From the NCBI GenBank assembly GCA_002269645.1, contig NIVC01001453.1, positions 47,565-111,564 on the forward strand: 64,000 nucleotides of DNA. The letters run 5' to 3'. Under the pieces are notes generated by a model that had not been told where the DNA came from, did no database searches, and was given only the letters and a program-made list of their open reading frames with translations. Both the position numbers and the translations under genes were made by a program. How positions within the stretch are numbered: position 1 is the stretch's first letter; the number at the start of each line of letters is the position of its first letter. This stretch comes from Macrostomum lignano (lineage: Eukaryota). Of this stretch, positions 1 to 12,014 are shown piece after piece.

Positions 1-222
1 AAGCATGAGCTAAATATGCAACAACTGCAGGTGTGCATTGCACTGTACTGTGCTGTCAGAGCTTGAGACTTAAAGAGGTACGTACAGACTGAGCTGCAGT
101 TTGAATACTCCTGTTTTAAGACACAACAGTAGCCAGTTAATTGAAATAATATCTTCGTCTTTGGTGTTTAATTTTGAACAGCTTTTACGGACCGATTATA
201 TAATTTAGACTGCTTTTCTCAG

Positions 223-266
223 CTTTGCCTTGAGTTCCGTTGGCTTGTACGAGTACAATACTGCAG
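223..266 (+). CDS. Possible small exon of an unresolved + strand gene entering from upstream
   Basis: ttttctcag|44 nt|gtgagt has strong splice signals. A possible 18-nt exon lies at 60-77 (tgtcag|...GAG|gtacgt). No recognisable protein, so it may be UTR. Confidence 0.3.
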
Positions 267-329
267 GTGAGTTTTACTAATCAATGAAGCTCAGCTCATG
301 TGCGCATTGAGACAGCTCACGACCCTCTC

Positions 330-1550
330 TGAGTTTCTGAGTCTCTGAGTCTCTGACTCTCTGAGTCTCTGACTCTCTGAGTCTCAGAATCTCTGACTCT
401 CTGAGTCTCTGAGTCTCTGAGTCTCTGACTCTCTGAGTCTCTGAGTCTCTGAGTCTCTGACTCTCTGACTCTGAATCTCTGAGTCTCTGACTCTCTGAGT
501 CTCTGACTCTCTGAGTCTCTGAGTCTCTGGCTCTCTGAATCTCTGAGTCTCTGAGTCTCTGACTCTCTGAGTCTCTGAGTCTCTGAGTCTCTGAGTCTCT
601 GACTCTCTGAGTCTCTGAGTTTCTGACTCTCTGACTCTCTGAGTCTCTGGCTCTCTGACTCTCTGAGTCTCTGAGTCTCTGACTCTCTGACTCTCTGAGT
701 CTCTGACTCTCTGAGTCTCTGACTCTCTGACTCTCTGACTCTCTGACTCTCTGAGTCTCTGAGTCTCTGACTCTCTGAGTCTCTGAGTCTCTGGCTCTCT
801 GAATCTCTGAGTCTCTGTGTCTCTGACTCTCTGAGTCTCTGACTCTCTGAGTCTCTGAGTCTCTGAGTCTCTGACTCTCTGACTCTGAATCTCTGAGTCT
901 CTGACTCTCTGAGTCTCTGACTCTCTGAGTCTCTGAGTCTCTGGCTCTCTGAATCTCTGAGTCTCTGAGTCTCTGACTCTCTGAGTCTCTGAGTCTCTGA
1001 GTCTCTGAGTCTCTGACTCTCTGAGTCTCTGAGTTTCTGACTCTCTGACTCTCTGAGTCTCTGGCTCTCTGACTCTCTGAGTCTCTGAGTCTCTGACTCT
1101 CTGACTCTCTGAGTCTCTGACTCTCTGAGTCTCTGACTCTCTGACTCTCTGACTCTCTGACTCTCTGAGTCTCTGAGTCTCTGACTCTCTGAGTCTCTGA
1201 GTCTCTGGCTCTCTGAATCTCTGAGTCTCTGAGTCTCTGACTCTCTGAGTCTCTGAGTCTATGAGTCTCTGAGTCTCTGACTCTCTGACTCTCTGACTCT
1301 CTGACTCTCTGACTCTCTGAGTCTCTGACTCTCTGACTCTCTGAGTCTCTGAGTCTCTAACTCTCTGAGTCTCTGAGTCTCTGACTCTCTGAGTCTCTGA
1401 GTCTCTGGCTCTCTGAATCTCTGACTCTCTGACTCTCTGACTCTCTGACTCTCTGACTCTCTGACTCTCTGACTCTCTGAGTCTCTGACTCTCTGACTCT
1501 CTGACTCTCTGACTCTGACTCTCTGAGTCTCTGACTCTCTGACTCTCTGA
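330..1550. repeat. 8-mer satellite (CTCTGAGT/CTCTGACT)n, array 1
   Basis: Direct reading; variant units such as CTCTGGCT and CTCTGAAT recur. Confidence 0.95.
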
Positions 1551-1879
1551 CCCTTTACCGAGACGAAGTCAGCCAAACCAGGCAACTCTTGTTTTGGGCC
1601 TTCAGCCACTCCACAGAAATCTACATGGGTCACACACATCCCTCTGAACTTCCAAAGTAATAAATAATTGATTCGCAAATAAATAATTTAAAGCCGCTCA
1701 CGATTCGATGTTAACTGATTCGTTGATTAATTGAATTATAAGCTGCTCCTTTTAATTATTTATCTGACTCTGCCCCGAAGTTGTGTGTCCTTGTCTTGAA
1801 CCCGGTCACATGACAGTTCACAATATCTGGACTTAGTTCACCTTTCACTCACTAGAAACAGTTAAACGGATAGACCCTG

Positions 1880-4025
1880 TCCCCCTGTGACTGTCTGACC
1901 CTCTCCCTGTGACTGTCTGACCCTCTCCCCTGTGACTGTCTGACCCTCTCCCCTGTGACTGTTTGACCCTCTCCCCTGTGACTGTCTGACCCTCTCCCCT
2001 GTGACTGTCTGACCCTGTCCCCCTGTGACTGTCTGACCCTCTCCCCTGTGACTGTCTGACCCTCTCCCTGTGACTGTCTGACCCTGTCCCCCTGTGACTG
2101 TCTGACCCTGTCCCCCTGTGACTGTCTGACCCTGTCCCCCTGTGACTGTCTGACCCTCTCCCCTGTGACTGTCTGACCCTCTCCCCTGTGACTGTCTGAC
2201 CCTCTCCCCTGTGACTGTCTGACCCTCTCCCCTGTGACTGTCTGACCCTGTCCCCCTGTGACTGTCTGACCCTCTCCCCTGTGACTGTCTGACCCTCTCC
2301 CCTGTGACTGTCTGACCCTGTCCCCCTGTGACTGTCTGACCCTCTCCCCTGTGACTGTCTGACCCTGTCCCCCTGTGACTGTCTGACCCTCTCCTCTGTG
2401 ACTGTCTAACCCTCTCCCCTGTGACTGTCTAACCCTCTCCCCTGTGACTGTCTGACCCTCTCCCCTGTGACTGTCTGACCCTCTCCCCTGTGACTGTCTG
2501 ACCCTCTCCCCCTGTGACTGTCTGACCCTCTCCCCTGTGACTGTCTGACCCTCTCCCCTGTGACTGTTTGACCCTCTCCCCTGTGACTGTCTGACCCTCT
2601 CCCCTGTGACTGTCTGACCCTGTCCCCCTGTGACTGTCTGACCCTCTCCCCTGTGACTGTCTGACCCTCTCCCCTGTGACTGTCTGACCCTGTCCCCCTG
2701 TGACTGTCTGACCCTGTCCCCCTGTGACTGTCTGACCCTGTCCCCCTGTGACTGTCTGACCCTCTCCCCTGTGACTGTCTGACCCTCTCCCCTGTGACTG
2801 TCTGACCCTCTCCCCTGTGACTGTCTGACCCTCTCCCCTGTGACTGTCTGACCCTGTCCCCCTGTGACTGTCTGACCCTCTCCCCTGTGACTGTCTGACC
2901 CTGTCCCCTGTGACTGTCTGACCCTGTCCCCTGTGACTGTCTGACCCTCTCCCCTGTGACTGTCTGACCCTCTCCCTGTGACTGTCTGACCCTCTCCCCT
3001 GTGACTGTCTAACCCTCTCCCCTGTGACTGTCTGACCCTCTCCCCTGTGACTGTCTGACCCTCTCCCCTGTGACTGTCTGACCCTCTCCCCTGTGACTGT
3101 CTGACCCTCTCCCCCTGTGACTGTCTGACCCTCTCCCCTGTGACTGTCTGACCCTCTCCCCTGTGACTGTCTGACCCTCTCCCCTGTGACTGTCTAACCC
3201 TCTCCCCTGTGACTGTCTGACCCTCTCTCCTGTGACTGTCTAACCCTCTCCCTGTGACTGTCTAACTCTCTCCCTGTGACTGTCTAACTCTCTCCCTGTG
3301 ACTGTCTAACTCTCTCCCTGTGACTGTCTAACTCTCTCCCTGTGACTGTCTAACTCTCTCCCTGTGACTGTCTAACTCTCTCCCTGTGACTGTCTAACTC
3401 TCTCCCTGTGACTGTCTAACTCTCTCCCTGTGAGTGTCTGACTCTCTCCCCAGTGAGTGTCTGACTCTCTCCCCAGTGACTGTCTAACTCTCTCCCTGTG
3501 ACTGTCTAACCCTCTCCCTGTGACTGTCTAACCCTCTCCCCTGTGACTGTCTAACCCTCTCCCCTGTGACTGTCTAACCTCTCCCTGTGACTGTCTAACT
3601 CTCTCCCTGTGACTGTCTAACCCTCTCCCTGTGACTTTCTAACTCTCTCCCTGTGACTGCTAACTCTCTCCCCTGTGACTGTCGGACCCTCTCCCCAGTG
3701 AGTTTCTGACTCTCTCCCCTGTGACTGTATGGCTCTCTCCCTAGTGAGTGTCTGACCCTCTCTCCTGTGACTGTCTAACCCTCTCCCCTGTGACTGTCTA
3801 ACTCTCTCCCTGCGACTGTCTAACCCTCTCCCCTGTGACTGTTTAACTCTCTCCCTGTGACTGCTAACTCTCTCCCTGTGACTGTCTAACTCTCTCCCTG
3901 TGACTGTCTAACTCTCTCCCTGTGACTGCTAACTCTCTCCCCAGTGAGTGTCTGACTCTCTCCCCAGTGACTGTCTAACTCTCTCCCTGTGACTGTCTAA
4001 CTCTCTCCCCTGTGACTGTCGGACC
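1880..4025. repeat. ~22-24-bp minisatellite (CTGTGACTGTCTGACCCTCTCCC)n
   Basis: Direct reading; drifts to a CTGTGACTGTCTAACTCTCTCC variant after about 3240. Confidence 0.95.
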
Positions 4026-4029
4026 CTTT

Positions 4030-6660
4030 CTGACTCTCTGACTCTCTGAGTCTCTGGCTCTCTGACTCTCTGAGTCTCTGAGTCTCTGACTCTCTGACTC
4101 TCTGACTCTCTGACTCTCTGACTCTCTGAGTCTCTGACTCTCTGACTCTCTGAGTCTCTGAGTCTCTAACTCTCTGAGTCTCTGAGTCTCTGACTCTCTG
4201 AGTCTCTGAGTCTCTGGCTCTCTGAATCTCTGACTCTCTGACTCTCTGACTCTCTGACTCTCTGACTCTCTGACTCTCTGACTCTCTGAGTCTCTGACTC
4301 TCTGACTCTCTGACTCTCTGACTCTGACTCTCTGAGTCTCTGACTCTGACTCTCTGAGTCTCTGAGTCTCTGAGTCTCTGACTCTCTGAGTCTCTGAGTC
4401 TCTGGCTCTCTGAATCTCTGAGTCTCTGAGTCTCTGGCTCTCTGAATCTCTGACTCTCTGACTCTCTGACTCTCTGACTCTCTGACTCTCTGACTCTCTG
4501 ACTCTCTGAGTCTCTGACTCTCTGACTCTCTGACTCTCTGACTCTGACTCTCTGAGTCTCTGACTCTGACTCTCTGAGTCTCTGACTCTCTGACTCTCTG
4601 AGTATCTGACTCTCTAACTCTCTGAGTCTCTGACTCTCTGAGTCTCTGACTCTCTGACTCTCTGACTCTGACTCTCTGAGTCTCTGACTCTCTAACTCTC
4701 TGAGTCTCTGACTCTCTAACTCTCTGAGTCTCTGAGTCTCTGACTCTCTGAGTCTCTGAGTCTCTGGCTCTCTGAATCTCTGAGTCTCTGAGTCTCTGAC
4801 TCTCTGAGTCTCTGAGTCTCTGGCTCTCTGAATCTCTGAGTCTCTGAGTCTCTGACTCTCTGAGTCTCTGAGTCTATGAGTCTCTGAGTCTCTGACTCTC
4901 TGACTCTCTGACTCTCTGACTCTCTTACTCTCTGACTCTCTGACTCTCTGAGTCTCTGAGTCTCTGAGTCTCTGACTCTCTGAGTCTCTGAGTCTCTGAG
5001 TCTCTGACTCTCTGACTCTGAATCTCTGAGTCTCTGACTCTCTGAGTCTCTGACTCTCTGAGTCTCTGAGTCTCTGGCTCTCTGAATCTCTGAGTCTCTG
5101 AGTCTCTGACTCTCTGAGTCTCTGAGTCTCTGAGTCTCTGAGTCTCTGACTCTCTGAGTCTCTGAGTTTCTGACTCTCTGACTCTCTGAGTCTCTGGCTC
5201 TCTGACTCTCTGAGTCTCTGAGTCTCTGACTCTCTGACTCTCTGAGTCTCTGACTCTCTGAGTCTCTGACTCTCTGACTCTCTGACTCTCTGACTCTCTG
5301 AGTCTCTGAGTCTCTGACTCTCTGAGTCTCTGAGTCTCTGGCTCTCTGAATCTCTGAGTCTCTGTGTCTCTGACTCTCTGAGTCTCTGACTCTCTGAGTC
5401 TCTGACTCTCTGAGTCTCTGAGTCTCTGAGTCTCTGACTCTCTGACTCTGAATCTCTGAGTCTCTGACTCTCTGAGTCTCTGACTCTCTGAGTCTCTGAG
5501 TCTCTGGCTCTCTGAATCTCTGAGTCTCTGAGTCTCTGACTCTCTGAGTCTCTGAGTCTCTGAGTCTCTGAGTCTCTGACTCTCTGAGTCTCTGAGTTTC
5601 TGACTCTCTGACTCTCTGAGTCTCTGGCTCTCTGACTCTCTGAGTCTCTGAGTCTCTGACTCTCTGACTCTCTGAGTCTCTGACTCTCTGAGTCTCTGAC
5701 TCTCTGACTCTCTGACTCTCTGACTCTCTGAGTCTCTGAGTCTCTGACTCTCTGAGTCTCTGAGTCTCTGGCTCTCTGAATCTCTGAGTCTCTGAGTCTC
5801 TGACTCTCTGAGTCTCTGAGTCTATGAGTCTCTGAGTCTCTGACTCTCTGACTCTCTGACTCTCTGACTCTCTGACTCTCTGACTCTCTGACTCTCTGAC
5901 TCTCTGAGTCTCTGAGTCTCTAACTCTCTGAGTCTCTGAGTCTCTGACTCTCTGAGTCTCTGAGTCTCTGGCTCTCTGAATCTCTGACTCTCTGACTCTC
6001 TGACTCTCTGACTCTCTGACTCTCTGACTCTCTGACTCTCTGACTCTGACTCTCTGACTCTCTGACTCTGACTCTCTGAGTCTCTGACTCTGACTCTCTG
6101 AGTCTCTGACTCTCTGACTCTCTGAGTATCTGACTCTCTAACTCTCTGAGTCTCTGACTCTCTGAGTCTCTGACTCTCTGACTCTCTGACTCTGACTCTC
6201 TGAGTCTCTGACTCTCTAACTCTCTGAGTCTCTGACTCTCTAACTCTCTGAGTCTCTGACTCTCTGAGTCTCTGACTCTCTGAGTCTCTGACTCTCTGAC
6301 TCTCTGACTCTGACTCTCTGAGTCTCTGACTCTCTGACTCTCTGAGTCTCTGACTCTCTAACTCTCTGAGTCTCTGAGTCTCTGACTCTCTGAGTCTCTG
6401 ACTCTCTAACTCTCTGAGTCTCTGAGTCTGTGACTCTCTGACTCTGACTCTCTGAGTCTCTGACTCTCTGAGTCTCTGACTCTCTGACTCTCTGAGTCTC
6501 TGACTCTCTAACTCTCTGAGTCTCTGAGTCTCTGACTCTCTGACTCTGACTCTCTGAGTCTCTGACTCTCTGAGTCTCTGACTCTCTGAGTCTCTGACTC
6601 TCTGACTCTCTGACTCTCTGACTCTCTGACTCTCTGAGTCTCTGGCTCTCTGACTCTCTG
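4030..6660. repeat. 8-mer satellite (CTCTGAGT/CTCTGACT)n, array 2
   Basis: Same family as 330-1550 and shares rare variants (CTATGAGT at ~1259, ~4875, ~5822). Confidence 0.95.
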
Positions 6661-7740
6661 ACCCTTTACCGAGACGAAGTCAGCCAAACCAGGCAACTCT
6701 TGTTTTGGGCCTTCAGCCACTCCACAGAAATCTACATGGGTCACACACATCCCTCTGAACTTCCAAAGTAATAAATAATTGATTCGCAAATAAATAATTT
6801 AAAGCCGCTCACGATTCGATGTTAACTGATTCGTTGATTAATTGAATTATAAGCTGCTCCTTTTAATTATTTATCTGACTCTGCCCCGAAGTTGTGTGTC
6901 CTTGTCTTGAACCCGGTCACATGACAGTTCACAATATCTGGACTTAGTTCACCTTTCACTCACTAGAAACAGTTAAACGGATAGACCCTGTCCCCCTGTG
7001 ACTGTCTGACCCTCTCCCCTGTGACTGTGACTGTCTGACCCTCTCTCCTCTCCCCTGGGACTATCTGACTCTCCCATGACGAGAATGAGTGGTTTTGTAT
7101 AAACAGCTCCCCCCATTCTGGGTCAACCCCATCAACACACGTTTGCCGCAGCGCAGAGTAAAATGAACAATAAAATATTTTCTAGAGAAAGCAGCAGCAG
7201 CTAAATCCTTAAAAGACAGTTTTTCTTGAGTTCTTTTGTCTCTGTGTTTCGGCCAGAGCAAGCAGAGAGTGGGGGCTGCTACGACCATCATTCTGCTTAA
7301 GCGACCCACTATAGCCATCCATTATTAGTTATCTTTGCGCTTATCTCATCTCTCCATGCTAAACTCTTACACCGAGCACACACAGAGAAGCGCAGGCCAA
7401 CACTGTGCTGCTTGTGCCTTGGGCGCGGCCGAAACAGGTTTGAAAAGGTTTTTTTACACAGAGTTTGCATATGAAAGACAGGCGATTCGGACTGCGCGCA
7501 AGTCTTTTTTGTACTTTTAGCCAACGCTGAATGCTAGTACAAGCATATACTCTTATTTAATCAGACTTGTCAGGCATTGTGTGCGCTTAGTTCGGACTTG
7601 TAAATTAGTCAGATTTTGTTGGATATCTGTAAATATCTGTTTATAAAAGCCTGTATTAAAGCTGTGTTGTTGAATTTCTTACTGTCTGCCACTTGATCTC
7701 CTTTGAGTCATTCACCTTGGGTACTTGAATATCCTTTGGC

Positions 7741-7840
7741 TCACACACCTCAAGTCACCTGAGATCACCTTGACTCACACACCTCAAGTCACCTGAGATC
7801 ACCTTGACTCACACACCTCAAGTCATCTGAGATCACCTTG
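7741..7840. repeat. Short ~34-bp tandem repeat (about 3 copies)
   Basis: TCACACACCTCAAGTCACCTGAGATCACCTTGAC repeated. Confidence 0.8.
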
Positions 7841-7928
7841 ATTATTCACTCACGACCCGTTCTGAGTTTATGGTGAAGCTACTCCGACTAACAATTTTCG
7901 CATTCTTTCCAACCAATTTCAGCGCTGA

Positions 7929-10900
7929 ATGGCGCACCAGCCAATGTTCCACGCAATCGAATTGGACGGTGAAGACTCGGGCATCTCAAACGAGTCGCTA
8001 ACGTCGCACAACACTTTTCTCAAACGAGCACATCATCAAGGCTATTCAATGAGCCAGCCAGAGCGAGATTCGGTGTTGCAGCAGCAGCAGCAGCAGCAGC
8101 AGCAGCCCACAGGAGCCGAGCTGTACAACCACCCCATGGCGATGTCAGCCATCAGCGAGGTCCCGTCGCCGACATCAACGAAACCGCCAAATTTCGGCCA
8201 GCTGCAGACTCAGCAGTCGCAGCCGCACAGTCTGCCTAGTCATCGACAGCAGGCCAACGGAGAGGATGGCGGCGGCGAAGTTGTTGACGAAGAAGGAAAT
8301 TCCGCGGATTTTCCGCGGAACGGACGCATGACTCAGAGCCTGACTTACGGCCGCGGCGTGTCGGTTCAGACTAGGAGGCAGATGCTGGCGCACAGTCTGG
8401 CGATGCTGGGACACGAAACCAGGGCCAAGCAGAAAGATCTCGATAGAAGGGAGCGGGAAGTGCAAGTGGCCACGAATAAGGCGACAGAACAGGTGATAGC
8501 TCGTGTGACTCAGGTTGAAGATCTTGTTGAAGGTCTGGCTGAGGTGTGAATGCACTACTGACACAGTGAACAGAGAACACTGACACTAGAACACTGACAC
8601 TAGAACACTGACACTAGAACACTGACACTAGAACACTGACACTAGAACACTGACACCAACTGACACTAGAACACTGACACCAACTGACACTAGAACACTG
8701 ACACCAACTGACACTAGAACACTGACACTAACTGACACTATAACACTGACACCAACTGACACTAGAACACTGACACCAACTGACACTAGAACACTGACAC
8801 CAACTGATACTAGAACACTGACACTAACTGACACTAGAACACTGACACTAACTGATACTAGAACACTGACACCAACTGACACTAGAACACTGACACCAAC
8901 TGACACTAGAACACTGACACCAACTGATACTAGAACACTGACACTAACTGACACTAGAACACTGACACCAACTGACACTAGAACACTGACACCAACTAAT
9001 ACTAGAACACTGACACTAGAACACTGACACCAACTGACACTAGAACACTGACACTAGAACACTGACACCAACTGACACTAGAACACTGACACTAACTGAC
9101 ACTAGAACACTGACACCAACTGACACTAGAACACTGACACCAACTGACACTAGAACACTGACACCAACTGACACTAGAACACTGACACCAACTAATACTA
9201 GAACACTGACACTAGAACACTGACACCAACTGACACTAGAACACTGACACCAACTGACACTAGAACACTGACACCAACTGACACTAGAACACTGTCACCA
9301 ACTGACACTAGAACACTGTCACCAACTGACACTAGAACACTGACACCAACTGACACTAGAACACTGACACCAACTAATACTAGAACACTGACACTAGAAC
9401 ACTGACACCAACTGACACTAGAACACTGACACCAACTGACACTAGAACACTGACACCAACTGACACTAGAACACTGTCACCAACTGACACTAGAACACTG
9501 ACACCAACTGACACTAGAACACTGACACCAACTGACACTAGAACACTGACACCAACTGACACTAGAACACTGACACTAACTGACACTAGAACACTGACAC
9601 CAACTGACACTAGAACACTGACACTAACTGACACTAGAACACTGACACCAACTAATACTAGAACACTGACACTAGAACACTGTCACCAACTGACACTAGA
9701 ACACTGACACCAACTGACACTAGAACACTGACACCAACTGACACTAGAACACTGACACTAGAACACTGACACCAACTGGCACTAGAACACTGTCACCAAC
9801 TGACACTAGAACACTGTCACCAACTGACACTAGAACACTGACACTAGAACACTAACACCAACTGACACTAGAACACTGTCACCAAGTGACATTAGAACAC
9901 TGTCACCAACTGACACTAGAACACTGTCACCAACTGACACTAGAACACTGACACCAACTAATACTAGAACACTGACACCAACTGACACTAGAACACTGAC
10001 ACTAGAACACTGTCACCAACTGACACTAGAACACTGACACCAACTAATACTAGAACACTGACACCAACTGACACTAGAACACTGACACTAGAACACTGTC
10101 ACCAACTGACACTAAAATACTGACACACTGAACAGAGAATGCTGACATCACAGCAGACTTGGCTTTCGTCCTGATCATCGCCCTCAGAGTGCAAACTAAT
10201 TAACTAACTTAATAAGCACTCCACCATCAAATCAAGGTTGAGTACATGCTCAAACTAACCGACAAGCTGCACAGATACGAAGACGAGAACAGCCGACTTC
10301 GACAGCAGGTAGAATTATTCGAAGCCGAGACCAGCAAACTGCTGGACGATCTGCAGGAGAAAGACGCCGAGCTGGACGAGAAGGAAGACGAACTGGCCCG
10401 GTGCAACGCTTACTGCGACGAACTGCTAGAAGAGCTGGGCAGATCGCGCCAGGACATCGCCCAAATCCGCGCCAAAGCTGACGAGCTTCGCGTTGAGAAA
10501 GTTGTGCTCAGTAAGAATCGCGCTGACGGTCAGAAGAGCCTCAGCGAGTGGGAGGAAATGAAGAGGGCCAATTTGAAGTTGCAACGGCAGGCGGCGCACG
10601 CTGAAAAAGAGGCGAAACGGGCGCAGCGGGAGGCGCTGGCGATGCGTGAGAGTCTCGAGGAGCTGCAGGTGAGCGACGGTTCAGAGAACCAAGAATTGTG
10701 CATTCTAAATGAGACTAACGTAACATTGAGCAGTGTTAGTGAGTGGAGAAATAGGTGGGCATGCAATGTTACTAGGTGTGGGTACTAGCGTAATGGAGTA
10801 GAGGGGCAGTGTTACCAAGGTGTGATGTGAGTAAAGGAGTAGATGAGCAGTGTTACCTGGTGTGAGTAGGAGTAGATGAGCAGTACTACCAGGTGTGAGT

Positions 10901-12014
10901 AGGAGTAGATGAGCAGTACTACCAGGTGTGAGTAGGAGTAGATGAGCAGTACTACCAGGTGTGAGTAGGAGTAGATGAGCAGTACTACCAGGTGTGAGTA
11001 GGAGTAGATGAGCAGTACTACCAGGTGTGAGTAGGAGTAGATGAGCATGCCTACCAGGTGTGAGTAGGAATAGATGAGCATGCCTACCAGGTGTGAGTAG
11101 GAATAGATGAGCATGCCTACCAGGTGTGAGTAGGAATAGATGAGCAGTGCCTACCAGGTGTGAGTAGGAATAGATGAGCAGTGCCTACCAGGTGTGAGTA
11201 GGAATAGATGAGCAGTGCCTACCAGGTGTGAGTAGGAGTAGATGAGCAGTGCTATCAGGTGTGAGTAGGAGTAGATGAGCAGTGCTATCAGGTGTGAGTA
11301 GTAGTAGATGAGCAGTGCCTACCAGGTGTGAGTAGGAGTAGATGAGCAGTGCTATCAGGTGTGAGTAGTAGTAGATGAGCAGTGCCTACCAGGTGTGAGT
11401 AGGAGTAGATGAGCAGTCCCTACCAGGTGTGAGTGGTTGTAGGTAGTACTCATCTGATAGCATGTAGATGAGTACTGCTATCAGATGTGAGTAAAGGAGT
11501 AGATGCATGAGCAGTTCTACCAGATGTGCGTAAAGAAAATGAGAAGTGCTACCAGGTCAAACAACAATGATAACTCTCAAACAAAACTTAGGCCGAGCAC
11601 CAACGCCTAGTTGATGACTTCGGAGACGATTCACGCAGCAAGAAAGAGCTGCTGCAAATTATTCGCCGCCTGGCTGAGGACAAAATCGTGTGGGAGTCCT
11701 ACTGCGCTCGCCTATTGAATAAGGCCGTGACAGCGGCGCCGCAGATGCTCTGCTTGGACAGGAAACCAGCGAGCGCGGAAGCAGGGACAGCAGCAGCAGC
11801 AGCAGATCCTGAAGCCGGTGTTACTTCCGACAGCGACGAACACAGCAGCGACAGTCGCTGGGAGTCGCTGTTCAACAGACTACTCAGGTCAGTGATGCAG
11901 AATGATCCGAAATTAGCTGATTGCGTCATCGAAGCCGACTCGGCAGCTGCCGCAGCTGCTGCGGCATTGACAGCCGAAAATAAAAAAGCAAAGCCCGAAC
12001 TAGCAAGCCATTGA
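7929..12014 (+). CDS. Coiled-coil protein (~489 aa, 3 coding exons) with C-terminal Rab11-FIP RBD-like motif(s)
   Basis: Exons 7929-8543, 10237-10668 and 11592-12014. Junctions GAG|gtgtga..atcaag|GTT and CAG|gtgagc..cttag|GCC are both phase 0. An in-frame TGA lies directly before the ATG. Exon 2 is an E/K/L-rich heptad coiled coil. SKKELLQIIRRLAEDKIVWESYCARLLNKAVTAAPQML aligns by eye without gaps to the FIP3/4 RBD (SRDELMEAIQKQEEINFRLQDYIDRIIVAIMETNPSIL, recalled from memory). Confidence 0.8.
8575..10130. repeat. Intronic composite minisatellite (ACTGACACTAGAAC + ACTGACACCA)n
   Basis: Fills intron 1 of the coiled-coil gene; source of the (VSVGVSVL)n ORFs. Confidence 0.95.
10810..11440. repeat. 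Intronic ~30-bp minisatellite (TACCAGGTGTGAGTAGGAGTAGATGAGCAG..)n
   Basis: Fills intron 2 of the coiled-coil gene. Confidence 0.92.

Larger units (their letters stand above)
1551..6995. repeat. Local tandem duplication: ~330-bp unique segment at 1551-1885 repeated at 6662-6995 (offset 5111)
   Basis: The two copies look identical by eye. Both are preceded by the 8-mer array and followed by the 23-mer array. Confidence 0.9.

Noticed and set aside
7278-7400. CTACGACCAT resembling the 5' end of 5S rRNA
   Set aside because: The match is limited to about 10 nt and no internal 5S boxes follow.
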